A stretch of 64,000 bases of DNA from Utricularia gibba (taxonomy: Eukaryota > Plantae > Magnoliophyta). Where the stretch lies: positions 124,001 through 188,000 of the forward strand of contig CM007992.1 in the NCBI GenBank assembly GCA_002189035.1. Direction: 5' to 3'. Of the stretch, positions 36,871 to 49,304 are shown piece by piece. The notes under the pieces were generated by a model. It made no database searches, was not told the DNA's origin, and saw only the letters and a program-made list of their open reading frames with translations. Both the position numbers and the translations under genes were made by a program. The number at the start of each line of letters is the position of its first letter. The stretch's first letter is position 1.

Positions 36871-38701
36871 GGTCCGATTCTTGAAATCTCTTCTCTTTTC
36901 TAGAATTCAGAATTGCCACATTCTTCACCCTTCCCTAAACCCTTCATAAAAACCAGCTTTAGTCTTCCATGCATGGCCCCTACCACAAGTCTAAACGTAT
37001 AATTTCTGAAATAATTGGGCGATTAGTTGGAATTTTTCAACAATACAGCTGAAGCCATAAGTCATGAGCTTCTGGTATTATTGACGAGAATAAGCACTGC
37101 TCAAGTCATTTCAGTGTAACCTGATCACCATGCCCAGGAAACGTAGTCTTTGTTTGGTTGTCATTTCAGTGTATTCATATTGTTGTATGGTGAAAGCTTA
37201 ATCCCTATCCATGCTTTGAATCATGTGTGCTTAAATCGCGGTGACATTTTCTACAGGTGGTTGTTCCATTACATCAAGCTGAAGGCAGGGAGGGAACCCC
37301 TTCACAGGCACAACCAATCCTGCAGAAAAGTACATCATGACAACCATGAAGTTTGGTTGGTACATGCGATTTTTAAATAACAATGGCGCTATTGGATGCT
37401 TCAGGAACTCTATTCCTCCTTTCCCCAACACATCAATCGGTGTAGAGACGTAGTCATTCGAGCAGCAGAGCCTTTGGAGAAACAAAGGAGGAACTAGTTT
37501 TCCACACATGGTGGACAGTTGCAAGGAAAGCGTCCTGAGAACAATGTGAGTGGTTTTGGTATTGCACAGCACTGAATATTGAGATGAATCATGATTCGAG
37601 AAGAGAACAGGACAGATTTCCTCATCCTCGGTAAGAATGATCCCCATGAGGAAACATCTGGTGGCGTCAGCCCAGAAAACAGAGCACTTGCTTAAATCTT
37701 GTAACCTCTGCAATGAATCCTGCTCACCAAAATGCTCTGAATTCCATCAGGTAGCACTGTGGTGTGTTTGCTAGGCGCCCCACTCCCACTGGGTTGTCGC
37801 TGTTGAAGAGCCTATCTTCCTCCCTTCTCTCTTTTATTATCATCCTCATCGTGCCGTCAAGTCCCTGTCTCGGCCCGCATTTCCCTCCCCTTGTTACCCC
37901 ACGTGCTCAACAAACCCCCATTCCTTCAATGCTGCTGATCCAACCCTCACAACTATCACGTCATTGCCCGCCGTCCAGACTACACCCAACCGTTCCCTCT
38001 GGTTTATCGCGTCTCCTTATCAGCTAACCCACATGGGTTTGGCCTATCAGACGCTCTTATCGCTTCAATGCATGAGCTCGTCGTCAAGCCATGCCCTTGA
38101 ACACAAAGTGTAGTTAAGAGCTGTACGACCCACCGGAGAGTAGAAGAGGAGATTCCTTTTGTTTGCGCGATCTGGGGACCTGAACTCCGCGCCAGTCGCG
38201 TCACATGGTGAAGGCAGTGCCGGAGACGCGCGTGTCGGTGACAGCATATTCGCCGTCGCGTGACGCTACGCTGCTCCCTCCGACATCCCTTCTCCGGTCT
38301 GATACAGAATATTTTATTTAACTCAGTTGAGAAATAATAAATAAACTGATAATGGGAATTCAGTTGCAATTAAAAATAGGTTTTTGTCTTACGGCGGTAA
38401 GTAAAAGGCAAGTCATGTCGGGGAACCGGGTATGTCCGGTCAGTGAACGGGCACGAATGTCGCCATTCCGGGTAAGAAGAAGATGGAGCGGTTGAAAAAG
38501 AATACCAATTACTATGCGTTACTTGGAAATCTGTCGTCACTTTTGTCAACCCTTTTTCCAAACTTTACAGCAAAATTTAGTGATATGACGCAGTAGGGCT
38601 GCAACTTGTTTATCTGGTTGCCGGTAGTCCACTTTTGAACCATAACGCAGCGCATGAATATAAGTCATCGGCACACTGTTGAGGTTTTTCTTAAGCCAGC
38701 T

Positions 38702-39394
38702 ATGGAGTTCGAGGATCAAGAAGAGGAGCAAGTGGGTGAAGTGGAGCTCGGGCTGACTACCCACGACGGGAAAATGCCGACGCCGGTCAACTCCTCGCCG
38801 CCTCTGTCGTCGATGAAATGGAGGTACAAGGAGTGTCTCAAAAACCACGCTGTCGAAATAGGCGGCCACGCTTTAGACGGCTGTGGAGAATTCATCGCGG
38901 CGGGGGAAGATGGAACCCTGGAATCCCTGAAATGCGCCGCCTGCAACTGTCACAGGAATTTCCACCGGAAAGAACACGAGCACGACGGTTTCGCTCTCCA
39001 CCGCCACCGGCAAATCCTCCTCGCCTCCCACAATGGACCACAAGGGCATTTAGGATATCGTGGCCCAGGTGGGTATTTCCACCTGACCCCGCCGCCGCAC
39101 CAGCGGAGAGTCCCGTTGCTGGCGCTGCCGTCGAGCTCCGGCGGCGGGCCGAGAGACGACATGGAAGAATATTACTCAAATCCCAGCAGCAGCGGTGGGA
39201 AGAAGAGGATGAGAACAAAGTTCTCTCAGGATCAGAAGGATAAGATGCTGAGTTTCTCAGACAGATTGGGGTGGAGAATCCAGAAACAAGATGAAGATCT
39301 GGTGCAGCAGTTCTGTCACGAAGTGGGAATCAAGAGAAACGTTCTCAAAGTTTGGATGCACAACAATAAGCACACTCTCGGCAAGAAAATCTAA
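38702..39394 (+). CDS. ZHD: Zinc finger-homeodomain (ZF-HD) transcription factor, ZHD1/2-like, intronless
   Basis: [20 protein letters not shown]...[16 protein letters not shown] and [16 protein letters not shown]...WRIQKQD...[10 protein letters not shown]; MEFED start chosen over the upstream ATG at 38654. Confidence 0.95.
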   Translation: MEFEDQEEEQVGEVELGLTTHDGKMPTPVNSSPPLSSMKWRYKECLKNHAVEIGGHALDGCGEFIAAGEDGTLESLKCAACNCHRNFHRKEHEHDGFALHRHRQILLASHNGPQGHLGYRGPGGYFHLTPPPHQRRVPLLALPSSSGGGPRDDMEEYYSNPSSSGGKKRMRTKFSQDQKDKMLSFSDRLGWRIQKQDEDLVQQFCHEVGIKRNVLKVWMHNNKHTLGKKI

Positions 39395-40229
39395 GCTTTA
39401 TCATCTTTATCCCTTCCATTTCACAACGCCTCCCACCATCTGCGTTTCTCGTGGTTCATGTACTGTTACCAGATGATTGAATCAATGAATAAGTTTGTTC
39501 TTCGTGGTTTGTTTCCTCTTTACCCTCCCACCTAGAAAATCGCATGTGTTGGGAACTTGAAAGACAACTTTCAGAAGGAAACCAGATTCCCCTACGTTTG
39601 TTTTTTCACTGCATTTGATTCTGGGAAGCCTAAAGAAGAAGACAAGGCAAATTGTTGAAAAGCGAATGTCACAATGGGCCTGTGCCTTTGTGTGTCTTCC
39701 AACGTGCCTGTGATTCTGGCAAGGAAACATGTGGGCTACAAGAGCAGCAAGCAACCTTTTACATGACAAGCGCTGGGACTGGAGCTGCATTGCGTAAATT
39801 TGAACCCACATCATGGTTACGCAAGGTAGCACGTGGCTACCAGATGCTGACAAAACATGAACACGTGATACAACTTCTTACAGCGCGGATGCTGAGCTGT
39901 CACATGCTATTCGCAAACGGGCCGGCCTTTCCCTGTAAGTAACTTCGGAAATTGAGCCCTATGCCCGTTTCGTAGGCCCATTCGGAGAAGGCCCAAAATC
40001 AAAACAGACAAAACTAGAGATTCTTGACTGGTCCCACGGGAACAGAGTCAAAACAAAACTGACTTTGTGGGCCCCATCTCCGACGATGTGACGTCGTATC
40101 ACGACCTCCATCATTTTTAAAATTTAAATAATTTCCAGCTTCATTTGACTTGTACCGTCTGTTTGTTTCCTTGTCTTGAACGGAAATTTAACTCAAGGAC
40201 GAGCCATACACAAGAAATACGGTATGAGT

Positions 40230-41847
40230 TCAGGGATCGGGTTCTGATACTGTGGGCTGGTTCCCGTTCACCTCCAGTCTCCTCCTCTTGGAACCCCCGT
40301 TATGCCCTCCAGATGAGCGGGGAGGCGATTCTAGGACGCTTTCATCACTTTCATGGCTCCAAAAAACGGCTTCCAAGACGCCATTTGGGCTGCTGGTCAC
40401 ACAGAAGAGTGAACCAGAGGCTGCAGAATGGGTAGATATGGAGTCTCGAATCAGTTTTAAGCACTTGCTTACTTTGCCCTGCAGAAAAAAAAAAAAAAAG
40501 GTGTTTAGTTTCGAGGCGGGAGTTTTATGATGGGGGACCAAAGCAATTTACTACCTTTTCAACTCTTATGGAACAGGGCAGAGCTTTATCAGGGAAGTCC
40601 ATGGCTACTTGCGTTTCTCCTGAGATGTAAATGGCAACAGCTGCAGCTATCTCAGATGGCCTGAATTCCAAGAAATCTATCCCTGCTTTCAGAATTCAAA
40701 CCACCACGATATTATGAATCAATCGGGGCCGTTTTTCAGAAAGGGTATAGCATTAGTAGTTAGTACCTTTGATAATGCAGGGAAGCATGCGGATTGCCCT
40801 TGAAATCAAAGGCTGCTGTGGGAGCTTGCTGTGGTTCGTCTTACAGAGGAAGTACTCTACAAAGTTTATTGGGTTGCAAGGTTTAATGCTCCAATTCAGG
40901 TTGTTGAGCAAAATCATCTCCATTCTGTGGACAGCTCTTGCCTCGAACAAGAACCTTGTTTCCCCTGTCTGATGTACGAACAGTCCAGACTGTGGAACAA
41001 GACAAGATGAGATCAGGATGAATTCCAAACGGAACGACGAAAATGAATAAAGTCAGCAATCCCGTGTAAACGTTCCACCTGTAAATCGATGGCATTGGGT
41101 ACATTGATCTCTTCCATTTTGGCTGCAAGCAGCAAACAAGCCACTGCCACCAATAAAGCAGCCCATGTTTTACCCTCCTGTATCGTGAACCCAGGGAATC
41201 AATGGAGATTTTGAAATGACACTTCTTAAAGATGTATATGACATACCGGAAGCTCATACACCGAAAGGAATCTATCGAAGTAATTCATGGCTGAATATAA
41301 AGAGACCTCTCCAAAACTGTGATGAACGCAGGCCTGAAAATGAAGAAACAAGAGCTGGTAAAGTCAAGTAATCCAAAACAGTAAGGAATCTATCACTTTT
41401 GCTTTTGCTGTTGAGAGTTAAAAAAAGTTCAGTGATAAGATGAAAGATTCAAAAATCATGCTATATCTCAACTGTGACTCTTTATGCTGGATGAGTCACA
41501 GAACCAGGAACAAGAGACTTGAAAAATGAATTAACAAAGAGTTGCATGTTCACCTTCAACATCCAATCAAAGGCTTCTCTTCTCAAACCGAAATCAATTT
41601 CACCACTTCTCAGTCTCTCAACATAATCATCTCTGGGCATGTAGTCCTTTTCTCTTTCAACCATCCAGCAGAAGCATTCATCGTCAATCAACGGCAACTC
41701 AGTAAACCGGTGCTCAGTTTCTGAACCGGCATTGCTGGAGCGGGGCTCGCACAAGCTCAGGCTTTCACCTTCTTCATCGCACAAAAGAAGGTCCGCTGCA
41801 GAACAACCAAAGCCTTCTTCTTTCTCCTCCATTGAGAATTCACCCAC
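40230..41847 (-). CDS. CYCD: D-type cyclin, CYCD2/CYCD4-like, 352 aa, 6 exons
   Basis: Exons 41847-41554, 41333-41247, 41177-41079, 40968-40767, 40682-40555, 40478-40230; LxCxE (LLCDE) RBR-binding motif, cyclin box (RREAFDWMLK, AMNYFDRFLS, LLAAKMEE), EFRPSEIAAAVA, SSPNGVLEA, SKRRRL. Confidence 0.93.
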
Positions 41848-42488
41848 AATGAATGCGCTTCAAGGTGAACGAGAGTTAATCAAAAAAGGAAAAAAGATTG
41901 GATTTTTATCGTTAGCCTTTAGCCCATTTCAGGATGGCATTATTTTCCTGCCATTTCTGCAAAACCCAGAGAGGGGATCGGTGGATTGAAAGTGATTCTA
42001 TAGAGAGAGATGTTGAAGGGGCGCTGAAGGAATGAAGACTGGAGATGGAGGAAATGCTGAGGGATTCTCTATGATCTTTTATACTACCTCCACCTTAAAT
42101 GAATATAATATTAAATCCTCAAATTGAAAAAACATAAAAAAAATAAAAAAAAATTGACCTGGTGAGTTTTCCCATGTAGACTACTACCTCTCCCTGGTTT
42201 GACCCTGTGAGCCATTTTTTCTGTTGTTTGACCATATTCTATAATCATATCAATTTAATTATTAAAAAAATTCATGTTCTTGACTATACTATAATTTTTA
42301 TATTAATATTTTTATTTAAAGCTTCAAATTGTGATCGGAGTTCGTTAGGGTGGCAGGCACCCGGCGGTGCTTTTTCCGTCGCGGTCAAAGCATCTGGTAA
42401 AAAAGTAAGTCCCAGACTAGGACTTGGGTGGGATCAAGGAATTCTAATGTAAAAATAAGGGCATATTCTTTTTTCTTGGCTATGGGTT

Positions 42489-43457
42489 TCAGAAATCCTT
42501 GAGAAGATTGCGGACTTGTTCCAGTGTGACGAACAGCACGACGGTGAAGGGCCCCTGCCGCGAGATGGTGGGAATGAAGCCTTTGTACAGAGCCATCGGA
42601 CCCTCGGCCTTGATGGTCTTCATCGCACAGTCCAGAGGCCCCGCGTAGGGGGCTGCCATTCCCGGCGCCACCTTCATGTTCATCACGCGTGTCTTGATGA
42701 CATCCACGGGGTTGGACACCACGGCCGCCACGAAGCCGGCGGCGAAGCTCGCAGTCACGTGAGTCCCCAGCCCGTCTTTCATCACTTCCCTTTCGAGAAT
42801 CATCTCCTTGAACTGATCGTACGATGCCAGCTGCGATGCGGTGACGAGCATGGCGCGGTTCACGGTGAGGGAGGACCCGCGCCAGAGGCTCGACACCCCC
42901 TCGCTTTTGGTCATCTGTTGAATGGCGTCAACCACGCTTTTGTAGTTGCGGCGCTGTGCTACAGGGAGGCGTCCATCGGCTTGCATACGGATCATGGCTA
43001 CATCAGCGGGGTTGCCCACGGCGGCTCCAACGCCGCCGGCTATTAGGCCAGCAAGGATCTTCTTCTTCAAGGGCATACTGTGGGTTTCCGGGTTTGTCCA
43101 TTTATCTTTAAGAACCTCGTATAGACCCATTCTCGTCGTCGAGTAAAGCGTCTGACGGAGGACGGTGGCGGAGACACCAGAGAAAAGAGCGGCGGGTCCA
43201 TCTTGCTGCACGATTTTCACACCCACGGAAATAAGTCCAGCGCGCGGCTGCGGTGTAGGAACCGGGATGTGGAATTGATGCGCCTGCGCGGCGGTTGAAT
43301 GAAAAGCAAGAGCAGGACGATAAACAGCCGCCCTCGCCGGCGCCGGCGCGGCCTCCCCCTGTAACTGCATCCTCACTTTGATCAAATCAAGAGGGTGAGT
43401 GGAACATCCAGCCACGATCGACGCAATGCCTCCTTCAACAAACCCCTTCACCCCCAT
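42489..43457 (-). CDS. DIC: Mitochondrial dicarboxylate carrier / uncoupling protein 4-5 type, intronless
   Basis: MGVKGFVEGGIASIVAGCSTHPLDLIKVRMQLQGE, NPADVAMIRMQADGRLP, NPVDVIKTRVMNM, RQGPFTVVLFVTLEQVR. Confidence 0.96.
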   Translation of the reverse strand: MGVKGFVEGGIASIVAGCSTHPLDLIKVRMQLQGEAAPAPARAAVYRPALAFHSTAAQAHQFHIPVPTPQPRAGLISVGVKIVQQDGPAALFSGVSATVLRQTLYSTTRMGLYEVLKDKWTNPETHSMPLKKKILAGLIAGGVGAAVGNPADVAMIRMQADGRLPVAQRRNYKSVVDAIQQMTKSEGVSSLWRGSSLTVNRAMLVTASQLASYDQFKEMILEREVMKDGLGTHVTASFAAGFVAAVVSNPVDVIKTRVMNMKVAPGMAAPYAGPLDCAMKTIKAEGPMALYKGFIPTISRQGPFTVVLFVTLEQVRNLLKDF

Positions 43458-43702
43458 TATCAATCAAATCAGGAACCCAGGCAACAACAATCGTAGATGC
43501 GCGAAACCGGGGAACGACAACAGGAAAACGGCAAACGCCCTTAGCCTCCTCTATAAACAATAAGACCAATTGGAATTCGAATTCATCTCACTGGAAACCA
43601 GGAGACGGGGGTGGAGGCCGAAGGCGACGGAGGAGAAGTGAGGAATGTTGGGCCTCTGAGACATATGCCGGTGTGGCTTCCCAAGCCTGGAGGCGGAGCG
43701 CA

Positions 43703-44147
43703 TTTATAGGTATCACAAGAAGAAAGGGCCAGGAACGTGAGGGAAGGAAATTAGGTTTTCCCTTCCCCACGCGCCGGATCTTCTTCGATTCAAATATTTT
43801 TAATTTATGGAATAAGGATCTGAAGACGCCATGCCCGTCGTGCGTCGATCTCACGCGCGGAATCCCCCCAAATAAAAAATAATAATTGATCTGCCATTCA
43901 AAATGTAAATGAGAACCTAATCCTTTTGGAAGAATTGCAGGAACCCTGGCTTCCATTCGTTCTCCGTGAATCCAATTCCATGCATCATTCCCATTGGGAA
44001 ATTGAAGGCATGGCTCAGAAGCAGGCATTGAATCACTTGGGACTGCTTCCACCGAATCGAATGATTCTTCATTGGGCGACCAGTTCAGCGCTGCGCTGCT
44101 TCCTACCAACCGCGTGTCGGTTAAGCACTGCTGACGCGCGGACGCGG
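43703..44147 (-). promoter_or_regulatory. DIC promoter: TATA box plus five VCGCGB (CAMTA-type) boxes
   Basis: CTATAAA on minus strand at 43709-43703; ACGCGC 43769, ACGCGC 43853, CCGCGT 44110, ACGCGC 44134, ACGCGG 44142. Confidence 0.5.
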
Positions 44148-44400
44148 GTCCCCAGTTGCCGGTCAACAAAAGCGCCAGCCGACACGCTTGCTGTCACTCG
44201 CGGTTGAGAGTTTTGACTCCCCCCGTGCTTATGCTTAACGCAATGGTGAATGGTGGGAGTAATATGCACTCCAACAGCCTGGTTGTCGTAACTACTGTGG
44301 TAATAGTTGAGTGGGGAGAACACAGAGCCTAACAGTTATGAATTGAACTGTACTCCAGAAAAGATGAGTACATGAGGGAGGCACTTGCCTCTGTTAGTAC

Positions 44401-46977
44401 TTAGTTATTGATAGCTCTGAACGGGGACCTTTCAGCATCGCGAAAAGCTTCGGCTTTTTTCTTGATTGCCTGAGAAGGCGTGGAATCCATGTTTTCCTTT
44501 GTGGGATCAGGGAGAGGCGTGGAAGCATGAGAAGGATGAACAAGCTTTCCCCATTTCTCGATCAGCTCCGTCTCTTCTTGAGAAATCTGCTCCATTTTTT
44601 GCCACACTGAAGCCATGTTATTCATCAAGTTCTCGTTTTCAGATGATAAACTGATACTGTTCTCAGACAGGGTCTTGATGGTGGCATCCGCTGTAACAAG
44701 TTTGGTTTCCAAATTGTGAATTTCGAGCTGTTTTTCTTCAAGCTCAGCTTGGATGATTTGGGATTGCAAGTAGTGTGCTTGCTCTTGATCGTCCAACTTC
44801 TGCCTCAATTGATCCACATCGCTTTCGAGCTCTGTGATCATTATGTTCTTTTCTTGAATGTCCATCTCCTTCATCAATACAGCTTCCTTGATGGTTTCCC
44901 AAGATTCACGAAGAATTTGAATCTCTGTCTGCATCTGTGCAAGTTTGGAAGAAAAGGAGTCTGTTGAACTTTCAAACTCCTTCTCTAATGATGCAACAAG
45001 CTGCTGCAGGTCACATATTCTTTGGTCTTTCTCTTCCACAAGCTGCTGAAGATCAAATGCAGCTTCCTTGAGTTCAACTTCATCAAGCTGTAGTTGAAGA
45101 TTCTCTATATGTTTCTCTTTTTCTTCAAGTTGTATGCTGAGGCTTTCTTTCTCTTGTTTAAGGTTTAACTCAACTTCAGTCTGTGAAAGAAGAGAAGCTT
45201 CTACATCTCTACGCAATTTCAAGTTCTGTCTGAGAGTTTCATCCATTTGCTCAGCGAAAGATTTCCACACTTGTAGCTCAAATTCGATTTCACTTGCTTC
45301 GCGGAATTTGTTATAAAGCTCTTCGTTTGCTCTGTTTAGAGCATCATGGACCATTTTCAAATCATTTTCGATCAGTGCCACTTGCTCCTGGGATTGTAGC
45401 TGGCTAAACTTTGAATCCTCCAGCATTTCTTTCAACCTATCCACTTCTTGCTGTAGAGGGGATTGCAACTGGTCAAGAATTTGTATCTTGTTCGTCAACA
45501 GTGATACTTTCTCTCTTTCCTCCTCAAGATCCTTCTGAATATTGTCAATGGCTGCCTTTTTATTCTCCATCTGTTCGACTAATTCAAGTATACGCTGTTG
45601 CAGCTCATTGTTCCTCGAGTTTAACTTGGAACAGTCACTAGTTACTCTAACTTGGGCTTCTGAAAATTCTGATTTCAAGATCAACAGAGACAAGCAGACC
45701 TCCTGGTTTGTGAGTTCTAAGTTCATCATCAAAGTGTCACAAGATTGTAGCTCTCTTTTGAGCTCTCCCAAGGACGTGTCCCTGTTTTCCAACTCAGATC
45801 TGCAGACATTTAACTCTTCTGATAGTTTCTCCATGTGGGCGAGCCACTCGGATTCCTTCGCTTTCAGATTTACTTCACATCCCTTGTGCAGCAGTTCTAA
45901 AGATTTCAGTTTCCTTTGAAGTTTCGATGCAGAAGACAATCCTGCCTCTCTGATTTGATCTTCTTGTAGTTCTTTTAATGACACCAACAAATCTTGTTTC
46001 TCCTGCTCAAGCTTTCTGAACTGATACTCAATCTCCTTGTTAAGTACCTCCTTTGTGCTCAAACAACTCCTCAATGTGGCGATCTCTTGATCCCTCTTGG
46101 CACTAAATATCTCAAAATTTGACTTGGCGTCATCATATTCAGCACAAATGCTGTCGAAGGACGTTTTGGATTGTAAAAGTTCCCCCTCCAGTTGCTTTCT
46201 CTTGCTTTCTGAATGAGCCAAAGCCTGGTTGCACATTTCAAGCCGGCACTCGAGATCCCGACGAATTCGTTTCTGAGATTCCAAATTTGTTTCCAAAGCA
46301 GAGATGGCATCAAGAAGCTCAGTTCTGTCCTTTTCCCACTCCTTCTCCCTCACCCTGAAAACATCTTGAAGTTTCTCATGTGCTTCTTGCAAATGGCCGA
46401 ATTGTTCCTTCTTCCACTTTAACTGATCCTCAAACTTCCTACTCTCGTTTGCTAGTTTGTCAATCTCAGCTTTCCTCCCTTCCATTTCCATGCGAGCTGC
46501 TTTCTTATTCTCAGACTCCAAAGAATTTTTCACTGGAAAACCCAAACTTCTTTTCATCCCTTCAACTTCTTGCTTCAGGCCAGATATTACTCGCTCTTGA
46601 TCCATGTTTTTGTCGTTCACATCATCCAGGGATACGCACATCGCTCTATTCTCCTCTTCGAGCTGTCGAATCTTCTCGTTACAATCAGAACGAAGCTTCT
46701 CATACCTGTAGCTGAGATCTTTAATAACAGACTCTTTCTCCTTCAGACCAGACCTCAACTCTTCACACATCTGCCCTGCACCAGCGACTTCACCCTCTTT
46801 CTCTTGTAGTATCTGAGTTAGTTTCTCCAACCTTGAATTTGCCTCCTTGTTCTTATTCACTTCCTCAAGATGAGCTCTCTTCAATCCTTCAGCTACCTCT
46901 GCTCTAACCTTGCACTGCTCTTTAAGCCTTTCAACCTCTGCTTTCGCCTCATCCAGCTCCTCATACACTGCGTCCAT
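44401..46977 (-). CDS. Long coiled-coil protein, At4g38062-like, intronless
   Basis: About 858-aa ORF from MDAVYEELDEAKAEV; EQLKWK-type DQLKWKKEQFGHLQEAHEKL, RLEMCNQALAHSESKRK, EFELQVWKS, C-terminal ERSPFRAIN. Confidence 0.85.
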   Translation of the reverse strand: MDAVYEELDEAKAEVERLKEQCKVRAEVAEGLKRAHLEEVNKNKEANSRLEKLTQILQEKEGEVAGAGQMCEELRSGLKEKESVIKDLSYRYEKLRSDCNEKIRQLEEENRAMCVSLDDVNDKNMDQERVISGLKQEVEGMKRSLGFPVKNSLESENKKAARMEMEGRKAEIDKLANESRKFEDQLKWKKEQFGHLQEAHEKLQDVFRVREKEWEKDRTELLDAISALETNLESQKRIRRDLECRLEMCNQALAHSESKRKQLEGELLQSKTSFDSICAEYDDAKSNFEIFSAKRDQEIATLRSCLSTKEVLNKEIEYQFRKLEQEKQDLLVSLKELQEDQIREAGLSSASKLQRKLKSLELLHKGCEVNLKAKESEWLAHMEKLSEELNVCRSELENRDTSLGELKRELQSCDTLMMNLELTNQEVCLSLLILKSEFSEAQVRVTSDCSKLNSRNNELQQRILELVEQMENKKAAIDNIQKDLEEEREKVSLLTNKIQILDQLQSPLQQEVDRLKEMLEDSKFSQLQSQEQVALIENDLKMVHDALNRANEELYNKFREASEIEFELQVWKSFAEQMDETLRQNLKLRRDVEASLLSQTEVELNLKQEKESLSIQLEEKEKHIENLQLQLDEVELKEAAFDLQQLVEEKDQRICDLQQLVASLEKEFESSTDSFSSKLAQMQTEIQILRESWETIKEAVLMKEMDIQEKNIMITELESDVDQLRQKLDDQEQAHYLQSQIIQAELEEKQLEIHNLETKLVTADATIKTLSENSISLSSENENLMNNMASVWQKMEQISQEETELIEKWGKLVHPSHASTPLPDPTKENMDSTPSQAIKKKAEAFRDAERSPFRAINN

Positions 46978-48212
46978 TTCCCTCACAATCAACTATATCC
47001 TGGTAATTCTCGACAAAAAGACAGAATCTTTATCAGAAACATAGAAACCCATCAAATTTTACAGTTCAAATACCAAAGAGGCAAAACCCATTCCTCCGAA
47101 AACACGAACCTGTTTCAAATTCACAGTTCCAGCTTCACCTTTTGCCCGATTCTTAATTTCGGCCTTACTCCGCATACATAGTCTATTTCCGGGAATTAAT
47201 GTCGCCTTTTCGCTGTAGGGAGGAGGATGAAGAGGGGACTGAAGGATCACTCGCTGGCGAGAGGCGAAACAACGGAAACGAAGGAAAGCAAAGGTCTTTC
47301 AGAAGTAGCCGTTAGATTTGAATTCTTCTTTGGAGAGAGAAGTCGGCAGTTCGTTCCAACGGAACTCGGTCTCATCGCTGCAAATTTTATTTCTTTTCAA
47401 TTATTGAACAACTTAGTAGCCGTTGGAGTGAGGAAGAAGTTCGAACCATTAATTATACACTCCACACACATCCCTTGGAAACTTGTCAGAAACCATGTCT
47501 TTATGTTATAATTTACAGAGATTTGACCTGGTTTTAGTGCCACCAGAGCCGGGATACGAATCCGGGCTCCAGTAGCACGCCCCCCTTGTTTAGACAGTGA
47601 TGATGCCAGAGCCTTGTGTTGAAACAGACATCTTAGATTGTGTATGATCGTGCTACTCCAGAACTATTTCTTAGTAGGCCATTATAACGAAAAGTTGAGG
47701 GACTCTTGTTAAGAAGAAGATGGGATGCGTTGGTTCTGATTTTTTGACACAAAATGGATGCCTTGGAAGTGTAGAAGCATGCATTGGTTTTTTTTGGTTG
47801 CACCAGAAACAAACAACCTCAAGCTCATACACTGTTCTATTTGTTTGGCAGGGAGAAAGGGAGTACCTTATCAGTATACCTTCTGGAGGCAACTTCTTGC
47901 TGCTCTTCAGCTTACATATTAAGAAGATGCTGCCATGATTGAACTAAGTGCACTAGTGGGATATTAGTGTTCTCAATCCTATGATTCATGTAGACAAAAC
48001 CACTCTGTGGTGTGCATCAACCAATATAAGCTGCACTTCCTCGTTTTGCAGTAGAAATCCGTGGAGTTTGAAGGGAGAAAGCATCTCAAAAGTAGTTCCA
48101 GTTTCGTCTACAAGTAACTGAACATGCGAAGAAGGCATTTACAGTTTAGTAACATAACTAAAAGACATAGGGGGATTGGATGGAATAAACCATATAGCAC
48201 TCAAACACAGAA

Positions 48213-49304
48213 CTAGGAACTGAGTGAAACTTCTGAGACAACATTCGCGCCTCTTCCCTTGGCAATGTAAAGTCCAACATGATGCATGAAGTCCTGTCCA
48301 AATTCAACGTCAGATTGCATAAACAACAGATTTTACTTGTTCTGCCTGTAACGAAATGCATCGTAATGATATGAAGACAAATAAGGGCGAGGCGTCTGAC
48401 CTGAGGATGAGGTATTGCTCCCTTCAAATTTCTGGTAGCAGCCAATGGAAGATCAAAAGTAGCACAACCATGAGAGTATACAACCACATCCTTCAGTGGA
48501 TGAAGCAAGCCATGGTTTCTAGCAGACAAGGTAGAGCATACAAAGTCCAGCACACATATGTCTGTGCAAATGCCAAGTACCAATACCTTACAAAGGCAAG
48601 AAAATTTGTCGGTTTATCAATCGAAGTAAGAAAAGTTGAAACTTTCATTTCACCCAATGCAGATACCAGTTCAATCTCGTTGGATTGAACCCAATCGACG
48701 AACGTATTGGAGCCATCCTTGTTAAGCGAACCAATGAACCCATCGATGCAGTCCTTGTTTCTAATGGTAACGTTGGGATCTTGCTCCAGCCAAAGCAATT
48801 CTGCAGGAGATCACAAATATGAGGGAAAAGAAGAGGAAAAAAAGTTTACTTGACAGCTGGCAACCAGTACCAGGGACGAAATCCGATTCTTGGGTTCCGA
48901 CGATACAGTGCGGAGGATAGGGCGGCTCCGGAATATCTGGATGATGGGCATCGCGCAGAGCGTAAATTGGCCAGTTCATTTTTGCGAACTCTTTAGCTAT
49001 CTTCGCTGCTTCTTCAACCATCCCTCGAATTTGCTCGTTGGGCACTGTTGGGGCCTGTTGCGATCAACAAAATTGATAACAAAATCAAGCAGAAGAAGGA
49101 GATGAGATCGATTCAAGCCAAGAAGGGAGGAAAAAAACGAAGAGCAGAGAAGGGGCTGACCATATTCCCAGCGCCCACGGTGCAGAAACCATTGACGATG
49201 TCGACAAGCACCAATCCAGGCTTTGCATCGCCCGAGAGATGAAGGGAACCTTGATCTACAGGAACTTCACTTTTCAAAACCTCTAGAGCTTCCGCAGACG
49301 CCAT
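48213..49304 (-). CDS. NIC1: Nicotinamidase 1 (isochorismatase family), 242 aa, 5 exons
   Basis: Exons 49304-49161, 49054-48871, 48800-48667, 48586-48401, 48293-48213; GLVLVDIVNGFCTVGAGN, DAHHPDIPEPPYPPHC, KDCIDGFIGS, GICTDICVLDFV (D-K-C triad present). Confidence 0.94.

Noticed and set aside
35740-36949. 288-aa plus-strand ORF and similar antisense ORFs over coiled-coil genes
   Set aside because: Ser/Leu/Phe-rich shadow frames expected opposite E/K-rich coding sequence.
37105-37175. 14-nt direct repeat GTCATTTCAGTGTA, two copies
   Set aside because: Only two copies with no regular spacer array; not CRISPR-like and no TE termini.
38004-38369. 121-aa Arg-rich ORF upstream of ZF-HD
   Set aside because: Runs through a GC-rich motif-dense promoter-like island; no recognisable domain.
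43588-44169. 193-aa ORF upstream of DIC
   Set aside because: Non-ATG start, spans the TATA and CGCG promoter elements, no homology recognised.
47546-47569. GC-rich hairpin GAGCC-G-GGAT-ACGA-ATCC-G-GGCTC as a Helitron 3' end or tRNA arm
   Set aside because: A CTAA follows on the minus strand but not the required T target base; no Helitron 5' end or cloverleaf.
48250-48275. Partial miR408-target-like sequence GCCAAGGGAAGAGGC in NIC1
   Set aside because: Mismatches fall opposite miRNA positions 1-7; explained by the AKGRG codons.
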